Assembly: GCA_965199995.1 (NCBI GenBank)
Contig: OZ241328.1
Location: 1,484,627-1,548,626 of the forward strand
From: Dehalococcoidia bacterium
GTDB taxonomy: Bacteria; Chloroflexota; Dehalococcoidia; Lucifugimonadales; UBA3495
DNA length: 64,000 nt
Direction: 5' to 3'
In this document: piece by piece, positions 9,096 to 17,601 of the stretch
Layout: every line of letters begins with the position of its first letter
Position numbering within the stretch: position 1 is the stretch's first letter
The notes under the pieces: generated by a model
Database searches by the model: none
What the model saw: only the letters and a program-made list of their open reading frames with translations
Told to the model about the DNA's origin: nothing
Program-made: the position numbers and the translations under genes

Positions 9096-9677
9096 CTAAG
9101 CCTCCGTCGGCTGGATCAGGCCGTAGTTAGCGTCGGCGCGGCGGTAGAGGACGCTGTAGCGGTTAGTGTCGTAGTCCAGGAACATATAGAAGCTATGGTC
9201 GAGGTACTCCATCTGCAGGGCGGCCTCTTCCACCGTCATCGGCTCCATCTCGAAGCGCTTGATTCTGACCAGGTCTCCCGGAGGAGCCGCCGCCCCTCCG
9301 TCAGCGATACCGTTGCCGGGCGCTAAGGATTCCCGCAACACGACATCGGCATCCGGCGCGTTGCGGGAGGCTCGTTCGCTGCGATAGTGTTGCGACTTCC
9401 AGCGACTGAGCTGACGGTCCAGGGCCTCGGCAGTAGCGTTAACGGCGGATCGCGCGTTCGCCGCTCGGCGTTGAGCGCGCAACAAGTCGCCGCCGACGCT
9501 GATAGAAACCTGCACCACAACCCGGTCCTGTTGAGAGCGCGTCGGTTCCGTTGCCATCTCTACATCGGCCTTGGCAATGGCCGACTGATGGCGGTCAAGG
9601 GAGGCAAGCTTGGCGGCCACGTGCTCCTTCATCGAGCGGGTAATCTCGATATTCCGGCCCTGAATGTTCAAGTCCAT
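9096..9677 (-). CDS. hpf: ribosome hibernation promoting factor, long form
   Basis: MDLNIQGRNIEITRSMKEHV.. matches the sigma-54 modulation/HPF N-domain. The C-terminal VRIKRFEMEPMTVEEAALQMEYLDHSFYMFLD matches the dimerisation domain. An ATG at 9677 is preceded by GGGAGGTG, and the longer ORF to 9821 is probably not used. Confidence 0.9.
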   Translation of the reverse strand: MDLNIQGRNIEITRSMKEHVAAKLASLDRHQSAIAKADVEMATEPTRSQQDRVVVQVSISVGGDLLRAQRRAANARSAVNATAEALDRQLSRWKSQHYRSERASRNAPDADVVLRESLAPGNGIADGGAAAPPGDLVRIKRFEMEPMTVEEAALQMEYLDHSFYMFLDYDTNRYSVLYRRADANYGLIQPTEA

Positions 9678-9930
9678 TTTGCACCTCCCATAGCCAGCAT
9701 CGGAGTAAGAAATCCGGTTAGCCCCGATGTCCCCCAGGGCGGGGAGCGATGATACCATAACCTCCTTGAAATAAGCATAGCAGTTTTTGAGGCAGCGCGC
9801 TGTAATTCCAGAATAACGCATTGTTGATACGCATTGGTATCGACGCCCAGCCTCGGTCCTCTGCCCGCCCCTCCCACTTTCACGGGAAGGTAAGCATTCT
9901 ACTACGGAGGCCGTTTCTTCAAAACCCAGT

Positions 9931-10209
9931 GGATTCCCGCTTTCGCGGGAATGACGGGGGGAGGAGGCGGTATACTGCCATCAGGGAAGATCGGAGCGGC
10001 AAGCCATTACCAGCGCGGGAATGACGGGGGGAGGAGGCGGTATACTGCCATCAGGGAAGATCGGAGCGGCAAGCCATTACCAGCGCGGGAATGACGGGGG
10101 GAGGAGGCGGTATACTGCCATCAGGGAAGATCGGAGCGGCAAGCCATTACCAGCGCGGGAATGACGGGGGAGGAGGCGGTATACTGCCATCAGGGAAGAT
10201 CGGAGCGGC
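9931..10209. repeat. tandem array with a 70-bp unit and about 3.8 head-to-tail copies, seeded by a family-1 REP palindrome
   Basis: Units start at 9945, 10015, 10085 and 10155 (gcgggaatgacggggggaggaggcggtatactgccatcagggaagatcggagcggcaagccattaccagc). Copies 1-3 are identical as far as I can read. Copy 4 lacks one G and is truncated. The period is not a multiple of 3, and there are no spacers. Confidence 0.95.
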
Positions 10210-10225
10210 CCAGGGCCTTTCGGGA

Positions 10226-11251
10226 TTAAAGGGACTGTACCGTGAGGGCTTCCGGGTTGAGGGTGGAGTGGTTGAGGAATTCCAGCGCAGCCGAATATGG
10301 CTCAGCCTCCCGGGAGGAGACGAGCTCCAATTGTACTAGTAGCTTAGGGTCTGTCTGCACCAAACGGCGCAAACGGCGCACTAACTCCTCTTCGACTACC
10401 TCAAGGAATTCCTGAGACCGGTGTTCGCCGCGGCGTCTAGCCAGGTTGCCGCTGGATTCCAGGAAGCCGCGATGCTCCTGAAATTTTACCCAAAGCTCTT
10501 CAATACCCTGCCCGGTGTGGGCTGCTGTCAAAGTCACGGGTGGCAGCCACTCCGGGGTGGTCAGCGACATATGGAGCATAGCGGTAATCGTCGCGACCAT
10601 CCGGTCGGCGCCGTCCCGGTCGGCTTTGTTCACCACATACAGGTCGGCAATCTCCAACACCCCTGCCTTGAGGGCCTGAATGGAGTCGCCCGCTTCGGGG
10701 ATGAGGGCTACGGCCACGGTGTCGGCCACCCCCATGATGCCCAGTTCCGTCTGCCCCACGCCCACGGTCTCTACTATAACCACTTCAAAACCGGCGGCGT
10801 CCAAAGCGCGAGTGATTCCTTTGACGATACGGGGCAGTCCCCCCATCTGTCCGCGAGTGGCAATGCTGCGGATGAACACGCCGGAATCGAGGTAGTGCCG
10901 CTGCATCCGAATACGGTCGCCAAGCAAAGCCCCGCCACTGAAAGGGCTAGTAGGGTCAACAGCCACAATGCCCACCCGCTGGCCCTGTTCCCGCAACAGC
11001 CGGGTGAGCTGGTCAACGATGGTGCTTTTCCCGGCGCCCGGAGGGCCGGTTATGCCTATGGTGTAAGCCCGGCCGGTGTGGGGGTCTATATCCCGCATCA
11101 CCTCCGCAGCCGAAGGGTCGCCTCGCTCCAACATAGAGATGACCCGGGACAAGGCGCGCTGCTCGCCGGACAATAGCCTGCTGGCTAAATCAGACAACGC
11201 CCGCCCTCTTCTCCCGGGATTCGCGCCGGACACAAAGGGGAACAGGCGCAA
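10226..11251 (-). CDS. meaB: MeaB/ArgK-type G3E-family GTPase (methylmalonyl-CoA mutase accessory protein family)
   Basis: It has the P-loop GITGPPGAGKST, then AVDPTSPFSGGALLGDRIRM, and NKADR. Confidence 0.85.
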   Translation of the reverse strand: MRLFPFVSGANPGRRGRALSDLASRLLSGEQRALSRVISMLERGDPSAAEVMRDIDPHTGRAYTIGITGPPGAGKSTIVDQLTRLLREQGQRVGIVAVDPTSPFSGGALLGDRIRMQRHYLDSGVFIRSIATRGQMGGLPRIVKGITRALDAAGFEVVIVETVGVGQTELGIMGVADTVAVALIPEAGDSIQALKAGVLEIADLYVVNKADRDGADRMVATITAMLHMSLTTPEWLPPVTLTAAHTGQGIEELWVKFQEHRGFLESSGNLARRRGEHRSQEFLEVVEEELVRRLRRLVQTDPKLLVQLELVSSREAEPYSAALEFLNHSTLNPEALTVQSL

Positions 11252-11289
11252 GGCAGTATGGCGGAAAGAAGAGACATCAATACGTCGGC

Positions 11290-13488
11290 CTAGTGGCGAA
11301 ACTGGCTGCCGAATCCCTTGGCGCCGGCCGTAATCAGCAGGTCGGGCCGGTTGCCCCAGCGTTTGAGGAAACGCCCAAAGTTCTTGCGAGAAAGTTCATC
11401 CCGCTGATTGTCGTCCAACTCCGTCCATTGCCGGTGTTCGTGGCGAACCAGCGGCAAGGACGAGTCGGCCACCACCCGGTAGCCTTTATCCTTAAACTGG
11501 AAGCAGTAGTCAATATCCAGGTTGCGGTAGAAGCGGAATGCCTCGCGCATCAGCCCAACAGTATTAACCGCCTCGCGCCGGAAGGACATACAGTAGGCTT
11601 GCATCGCGTCGGCTTCGCCGCGGTCCACTTCTTCGTGGAAGTGCTGCATATCATCGGTGGTCAGCCCGTAAGGACCGAATATGCCAACGGTAGGATCGCT
11701 TAGCTGTTGGGAAACAGGGCCGAGAATCTCGCCCACAATCTCCGCGGAGCCGTCCACTATGATGATGTACTTTCCCAAGCTTTGCTTGATGCCAATGTTT
11801 TTGCTGGCGGCATCGCCGATGACATGATCGCAGTGGATGACCCGCAGATTTTCATGCTCCTGTTGCATCGCCTCCAACATCTCGCCGGTACCGTCGGTGG
11901 AGCCGCTGTCAATCACAATGATTTCGGCGGAGTGTTCTTCCGAGTGGCGCAACATTCCGTTGACACAGCGACGGACGTCCTCAGGATAGCCATAAGCATT
12001 CAGGATGAAAGTAAAGTCATACAGAGAAGGCTCATGGAGGCGCGAAGGCACTTCCCTGGAAGAGGACACGGAGTGCCATATATCCAGGCGGCGCTCCATT
12101 GGCGTCTTGGGGCGGACGCGAGAGCCGCCCGGAGCATCTTCGACCACGTAGCCGTCGGAAGAGAGCCGGGCCCGCACAGAATCGGCGGATTCCCAAGTCT
12201 GCTGTCGGCGCAGGGATTCCCGCTCCCGGATTGAGGCGATAACTTCCTCGCCGACTTCATTAGCGGTCTGGGTTTTGTGCAGGTCGAGGCCAAACATTCG
12301 GTCGAAGTCTAGCAACAGCTCCAGCTTGGCTTTGCCGGGAAGATGGGAGCGCACCGTTTCCCAAGTTACCGCTAAAGCGCCGGGCAGGTTCAGGTCCGAG
12401 TCCACTGCTTCCCAGAAGCGCCGGCGGTACTCCCCGGCCTCGGCATTATGGCAGTTGGTATCCGGCTCCATGCTCCATTGCCAGACATGCGAACGCAGAT
12501 TCGTCAGGGCTTTTTCCGCCGCTTTGAGCGAGGTGAAAGTGAAGTTCATGCGGTGGCGATAGAGAACCGTCATACATAGATAACGGAAGGCGAGTGGGTC
12601 GAACCCCCGTTCAATCAATTCCTCAACCAGGAAAACGTTGCCGGAGGACTTCGCCATTTTCGCGCCGTCGGCCAGCAAGTGTTGCCCATGCACCCAGTAG
12701 CGGACATGCTGATCCCCGAAGGCCGCTTCACTCTGGGCAATCTCGTCCTCGTGATGGGGGAAGATATTGTCCACGCCGCCGGTATGAATATCGAAGAAAT
12801 CCCCCAAGTACTTGGAGGCCATGGCCGAGCATTCGATATGCCAGCCCGGGAATCCTTCTCCCCAGGGGCTGTCCCACTTGACGTCCCGGCCGGGTTCGGC
12901 GGCCTTCCACAGGGTGAAATCGCGGGGGTCTCGCTTCAGCGGATCGGCCTCGGCCCGAACGCCTTCCAGCAGGTCGGCCCCGGTGTTGCGGGAGAGCTTG
13001 CCATAGCCGGAAAAACTGGGGACATCAAAATAAATGTTGCCGCCGCGCTCATAGGCGTGGCCCCTTTCCAGCAGCGAGCCAACGATGGAAAGCATTTCCG
13101 GGATATGCTCGCTGGCCCACGGGAAAACCTGGGCCTCCATAATGTTAAGACGGGCTTCGTCGCGGTGGAATCTCCCGGCGTATACCTGGGCGATTTCCTG
13201 AACTGTCTTGCCTTCGGCCAAAGCGGCGAGAATCATCTTGTCGCCGCCGGTTTCCACCAACTCCTGCCTCATGTGGCCCACGTCGGTGATGTTCTTGACG
13301 TGCTGGACTTCAATGCCGTGGTGCATCAGGGCGCGGCGAATCCAATCGGCCATCATATAGGTTCGCAGGTTGCCGATGTGGGCATCCCGATATACCGTCG
13401 GACCGCAGGTGTACATCCGAATGACCCCCGGCTCCGCCGGTTCAATCTCTTCTACCTGCTTGGACAGGGTGTTATATATGCGAAACAA
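11290..13488 (-). CDS. cysS: cysteine--tRNA ligase with a C-terminal GT-A (glycosyltransferase family 2-like) domain fused in frame
   Basis: Residues 1 to about 462 form a complete class-I CysRS (TCGPTVY, HIGN, WHIECS, KMAKSSGN, DSDLNLPGALA, C-terminal RARLSSDGYVVEDAPGGSRVR). Residues from about 489 to 732 have GT2 hallmarks (FTFILNAYG.., EIIVIDSGSTDGT, YIIIVDGS, C-terminal NLDIDYCFQFKDKGYRV). It uses a TTG start, and there is no stop between the two parts. Confidence 0.85.
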   Translation of the reverse strand: MFRIYNTLSKQVEEIEPAEPGVIRMYTCGPTVYRDAHIGNLRTYMMADWIRRALMHHGIEVQHVKNITDVGHMRQELVETGGDKMILAALAEGKTVQEIAQVYAGRFHRDEARLNIMEAQVFPWASEHIPEMLSIVGSLLERGHAYERGGNIYFDVPSFSGYGKLSRNTGADLLEGVRAEADPLKRDPRDFTLWKAAEPGRDVKWDSPWGEGFPGWHIECSAMASKYLGDFFDIHTGGVDNIFPHHEDEIAQSEAAFGDQHVRYWVHGQHLLADGAKMAKSSGNVFLVEELIERGFDPLAFRYLCMTVLYRHRMNFTFTSLKAAEKALTNLRSHVWQWSMEPDTNCHNAEAGEYRRRFWEAVDSDLNLPGALAVTWETVRSHLPGKAKLELLLDFDRMFGLDLHKTQTANEVGEEVIASIRERESLRRQQTWESADSVRARLSSDGYVVEDAPGGSRVRPKTPMERRLDIWHSVSSSREVPSRLHEPSLYDFTFILNAYGYPEDVRRCVNGMLRHSEEHSAEIIVIDSGSTDGTGEMLEAMQQEHENLRVIHCDHVIGDAASKNIGIKQSLGKYIIIVDGSAEIVGEILGPVSQQLSDPTVGIFGPYGLTTDDMQHFHEEVDRGEADAMQAYCMSFRREAVNTVGLMREAFRFYRNLDIDYCFQFKDKGYRVVADSSLPLVRHEHRQWTELDDNQRDELSRKNFGRFLKRWGNRPDLLITAGAKGFGSQFRH

Positions 13489-13621
13489 GGCAACCGCCCC
13501 TTTCTGCTGCCCTTCAGCCTAGCTAAGGATTGGGCTAGTTTACCACGGGGCAACAGCCCTTGCTACCCCGCCGCTAGTCTCGGCGACACTGCAAGCAGCA
13601 AGACAATTAAATTTCGGAAGG

Positions 13622-13645
13622 TAAAAATCCGAGCTGGTGCTCGGG
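13622..13645 (-). terminator. possible intrinsic terminator after the decayed CoA-transferase genes
   Basis: The minus strand reads CCGAGCaccaGCTCGGaTTTTTa. The stem is short (6 bp), so support is weak. Confidence 0.35.
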
Positions 13646-13990
13646 ATCCTGACCGGGTGCCAAGCCTCCAGCGCTTCCAATCCTAACGGCCCGGTTCCGC
13701 CGACAGCGATAACCAGACTAGAAACCTACCGGACGCTCAATAGCGGTGAGGGCGTTTCTGTCGCAAACCTCTTTCGTCCGCCGCAAGATGGTCAAGACTT
13801 GGTCAACCGCAGCCAGGCCATAGAAATCAGCTCCGTCCAGTCAGTGGCCCAGCCGGTTCAATATCGGCGTTGGGGATGGCGAAACGACTTCGGAACCCGG
13901 CAGCCCCGGCCCAGACCTAGGCGCGACAGGCACAACCGGCGAGGGCAGCCCTTAACGCCTCCAGCCGGAGCGCCGAAAGTCGCCGCCAAC

Positions 13991-15152
13991 CTAATCCGCT
14001 GCCTGCACTACCGCTCCGGCGGTTTTCAGCACCGATATTTCCACCGCTCCGTAACCGGCTTCGGCCAAAATCTCATCCGTTTCCGCGCGCAGGAACAGGG
14101 GTGGGGCGGCCCAGCCGCACCGGAGTTTCCGACAGCTTGGGGATAACACCGAAATGGTCGGCCATCCCCATTCTCGGATTCTCCCGGCTCACGACTAGCC
14201 CGGCCCGGCGGACGGGAGGGTCGGCGTGGAACTCGGGAACGCCTAGGTTTGCCATTACGCTGACAGCCGTGGGGGCCAGCAGTTCCCGCAGCACTCGCGA
14301 TCATGGCCGGACAGGATGTCAGACAGCGCAGCGCACAGATCGGCATCCTAACGCTATCGGCTTTCTCTGTCGCTGAAGCGGGCGTCATCGGCCAGGCTGG
14401 TGAACTCCGGCAGCCGGATCATTTCGCTCCAAGCGCCGTTGTCGGGGCAATGCAGATACAACCAGCCGTCGGCGGCCCGATAAAGCCGCGACAGAGCCGA
14501 AAATCCGCGCACGCCCAGCCCTTCGGGTTCAGAACGCTGGAGACCTTCATAGTCGAGGAAATAGGGCGACTGCAACATACAGGCGGTCAAAGCCAGCCCC
14601 CCGTCCACCGATTGCCCCCGCCGGTGCGCTGGCGTTCATGCAGGGCCAAAGCCACGGAATAGGCTCCCAGCAGGCCGGCAGCATAGTCATTCATCGGGTA
14701 GGGCAACAGTGGGGAGCGGCGTCCCGGCCTCCCCGGCGGACCTGAATGCCGGTGGTAGCTTGCGCCAATTGTTCCCACCCCGGCCTCGAGGCCCAGGGGC
14801 CGTCATAGCCGAAGGCGTTTAGGGAGGTATAGACAATGTCGGGGCACCGCTTCCGAACTTCATCATATCCCAATCCCAGGCGGGCCAGACTGCCCTTGCG
14901 GATATTCTCTACCACCACGCCGGCGGTCTCCACCAGCTCCCAGAATACTTGCCTTCCCTGCTCATTCTTCAAGTCTATTTGGATGCTGCGTTTGCCGCGG
15001 TTTACGTCCAGATTCCCAGCGTAGTAATAGGGGCGAGACGGGTCATCAATCTTGATTACGTCAGCGCCGAACTCGCCCAGCGTCCGTCCGCAGGTGGGCC
15101 CGGCCAGCACGATGCAGAGGTCTAGCACTCGCACGCCGTCCAAGGCGGACAT
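13991..15152 (-). pseudogene. family III (CaiB/BaiF-type) CoA-transferase, disrupted by several frameshifts and two in-frame stops
   Basis: Homologous segments lie in different frames. They are MSALDGVRVLDLCIVLAGPTCG..ADVIKIDDP (to 14691), PMNDYAAGLLGAYSVALALHERQRTG (14587-14778), LDYEGL..YRAADGWLYLHCP (14354-14608), DADLCAALSDILSGHDRE after two TAG codons near 14340-14350, VPEFHADPP..FGVIPKLSETPVRLGRP (14073-14294), and PLFLRAETDEILAEAGYGAVEISVLKTAGAVV ending at 13991. Confidence 0.7.
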
Positions 15153-15175
15153 TGCGCTTTCGCCACCGGACGGGG

Positions 15176-16274
15176 CTACATGAAGAGTAGCTCTCCGCCC
15201 TTCGGTCATCGCGGTTGCGGTATATTCGCCCAGCATGGGCGCGCGCTGGGGCTTCGGCCCCGGCGTTCTCCGGAGGCGTATGGGAGCGCCCGGTTGTTTC
15301 ATCTGGCCATACTTGGCATCGTCTACCTCGACGACCATTCCACCGGCTATGGCGTGTTCATGGATCAGCCATTCATCCACCGTCTTGCAGATGGTGCAAG
15401 CTCCTCTCGTCTGGGCGATGGCGTCTTCCCATTCTTTGGCGGTCTTTTCCCGGAACAGGTTTTCCACCCGCTCCTGCCACATTTCGATAATATCGTTGCT
15501 TACTTCCGCTCCGTACAAATCCTCCAGGTCTTCAATCCACTCCGGGCGCTCCGCAGCCTGCAAAAACTGACTGGCGAAGCGCTGGTACATACCGTGGTTC
15601 TGGACGTAACGGCCATCGGCGCACTGGTATTCTGGTATTGATGAGACATGATGTTGCGGGGAAGCCGGAACAGGCCGGACGGGTTGACGTCGTGGAAATT
15701 GGACAGGTGGCGCCCCATGGCGGCGAACATAGCGCTGTGGAGAGGCGCCTTGATACGCTGCCCCGTCCGATGCGCTGCCGGGCATTCAGAGCCATCGCCA
15801 CAGACACCGAGCCTAGGACGGCCGCGAAGGAGATGGCGGAAGGCAGATGCAGGAACAACGGCTCGTCCATCCCTGCCACGCTCTGGTGCGCTCCGGTGGC
15901 AGCCCCGGCTATGGGTTTCCAGCCCCGTTAGTGCCTGTGGGGGCTGTCTCCCCGAAACCGGGAAGCGAGCAGTAGATGAGCCCGGGGTTATTATCCGCCG
16001 AGGCATAGCCAATTCCCAGCCGGTCAGCCACACCTGGGCGGAAGTTCTCAATCAAAACATCGGCCCAAGCTATCAGTTCTTTTGCCTGTTTCAGGCCAAC
16101 GAGCGACTTAAAGTCCAGCTCAACTGACCGCCTGCCCCGATTCCAGGTGGCGAAGGCCGGTTCGCAGCGAGCCGGGTCGCCGCCGGGCCTCTCTACTTTG
16201 ATTACGTCGGCCCCTTGCTCGGCCAATAGCATCCCCAGAAGCGGGCCCGGTATGTACTGCCCGAACTCTACCAC
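15176..16274 (-). pseudogene. family III (CaiB/BaiF-type) CoA-transferase, disrupted by at least three frameshifts
   Basis: The N-terminal part VVEFGQYIPGPLLGMLLAEQGADVIKVERPGGD..ENFRPGV..CSLPGFGE runs from 16274 to 15909. GWKPIAGAATG..FAAVLGSVSVAMALNARQR follows in a second frame, APLHSAMFAAMG in a third, and YQCADGRYV..KTVDEW..PIRLRRTPG..APMLGEYT in a fourth. The 3' boundary with the next copy is unclear. Confidence 0.65.
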
Positions 16275-16359
16275 TCGAGCGCAGCGCTCCTTGGTACTCC
16301 GGGGCGGTGCCTACGCTGGTTATGATATGGCTCCCTTTCCGTTTTGTTGACTGTTTTGG

Positions 16360-17406
16360 CTAATGGCTGTGAACCCGGTGCGTGATTTTGACTGCTTTCC
16401 CGGTCTTTGCCGACTCGATAGCGGCGGTTGTGATGCGAGCGGCGGCCAGACCGTCCTCGCCGACAGCAGACGGAGCGCGGCTATGCTCCAAGGCGTCGCG
16501 AAAGTCATCCAACTCGGCAACGAAGTTGGCCAAGTAATCGTATTCGTAGCTTTCGGACTGGTTAACGGCGGCGCTAACTATCTCAGCCCGTCCCAACCGG
16601 GCTTCCCAGATAGTCTCCTTAGTAGTGATGCGCCCATCGGAGCCGTAGAGCGCCAAGTCGTTTTGGGTGTCGGGCAGCATCCGCCCGCACATTACCTGCG
16701 AAATTGTCCCGCTGCTCATCCGCAGGGCAATAGTAGCGATATGCTCCAGGGGTTGCTGGTCCGTCTGACCGTCGGTCATAGCGACAACCTCCACGACTTC
16801 CTCGCTCAGCAGGAAGCGCATCAGGTCGAAGACATGGACGCCCAATCCCACCAGAACCGATGCCTCGCCAATCAGTTCGGGGGTTTCCCACCATTCCCGC
16901 AAGCCGGTGCGGGGCAAATGTTCCGGCTCGCCCCGGTTGCCCCGGCCCCATTGCCCGTGGGCCAGTCTAACCCGGCCGATGGCGCCGGCGTCAATCAGTT
17001 GCTTCGCCCAGAGATGGGCTGGGTGAAAGCGCAGCTCGAAGCCTAATCCCAATGTGACGCCATGGTCTCGGCAAGCGTCCACCATGGCGGAGGCGGCGGA
17101 AACCGAGTTCGCCATCGGTTTCTCGACCAGTACGTGCTTTCCTGCGGCAGCAGACATGATGGTTTGGGGCGCGTGCAGGTGGTTGGGCGACGCCACGAAA
17201 ACGGCATCAACGCGCGAGTCTGCCAGCATGGCGTCCAGGCTGCTATATGCAGCGTCGGCGCCGTGGGCATCGGCGAAAGCGTCGGCCCGGCCTTGGTCTC
17301 GACTGTACGCGGCAACCAGTCGCGAGTCTTTCGCCAGTTTCATGGCGGGCGCGATTTTCAGGTCGGAGTGCGAGCCTATGCCAGCGATGGCCCAGCCTAT
17401 AGGCAT
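16360..17406 (-). CDS. Gfo/Idh/MocA family NAD(P)-dependent oxidoreductase
   Basis: It has an N-terminal Rossmann fold (IGWAIAGIGS), SPNHLHAPQ and the HVLVEKPMA motif. Confidence 0.85.
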   Translation of the reverse strand: MPIGWAIAGIGSHSDLKIAPAMKLAKDSRLVAAYSRDQGRADAFADAHGADAAYSSLDAMLADSRVDAVFVASPNHLHAPQTIMSAAAGKHVLVEKPMANSVSAASAMVDACRDHGVTLGLGFELRFHPAHLWAKQLIDAGAIGRVRLAHGQWGRGNRGEPEHLPRTGLREWWETPELIGEASVLVGLGVHVFDLMRFLLSEEVVEVVAMTDGQTDQQPLEHIATIALRMSSGTISQVMCGRMLPDTQNDLALYGSDGRITTKETIWEARLGRAEIVSAAVNQSESYEYDYLANFVAELDDFRDALEHSRAPSAVGEDGLAAARITTAAIESAKTGKAVKITHRVHSH

Positions 17407-17601
17407 AAAGGTTCTCCCGGAATCAAAGGAATTTGTTAACTTCCTTCCTTGGACAGGTTTCCCCGGCTGGCTGCTGGGGCAACTCCGAAGACGACAACCG
17501 GGGCACTAGACGCGAGCGTTGCCGCCGGCTATCTTCCGGGCCGCCGTCATAGCCCGCCCCGCTGTCATAGCGGGCCGGTATTTCAGAGGAACCGCCAGAC
17601 C

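Noticed and set aside
9931-10209. Possible CRISPR array.
   Set aside because: The 70-bp units abut one another with no unique spacers. The unit is longer than CRISPR repeats, and no cas genes are nearby. It is a plain tandem repeat.
9821-10339. ORFs 9821-10024 and 10091-10339, which run through the repeat array and encode ..SRFRGNDGG.. and GGGGILPSGKIGAA repeats.
   Set aside because: The 70-bp period is not a multiple of 3, so each unit is read in a different frame. The peptides are translation artefacts of the REP-like element.
13489-13640. T-box leader upstream of cysS.
   Set aside because: Only a partial GUGGUA-like string is present (CCGUGGUAAAC). The leader is too short for a T-box, and I could see no specifier-loop/antiterminator architecture.
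13637-14146. A 169-aa + strand ORF in the gap between cysS and the CoA-transferase remnants.
   Set aside because: It has an Arg/Pro-rich low-complexity translation and no start context. It overlaps the 3' end of the minus-strand CoA-transferase pseudogene.
14691-15785. A 364-aa ORF that looks like an intact gene.
   Set aside because: Its N-terminal third has no CoA-transferase similarity, because it is out-of-frame read-through. Its middle is the C-terminal part of one CoA-transferase and its end is the N-terminal part of the next. It is a chimera created by frameshifts, not a functional fusion.
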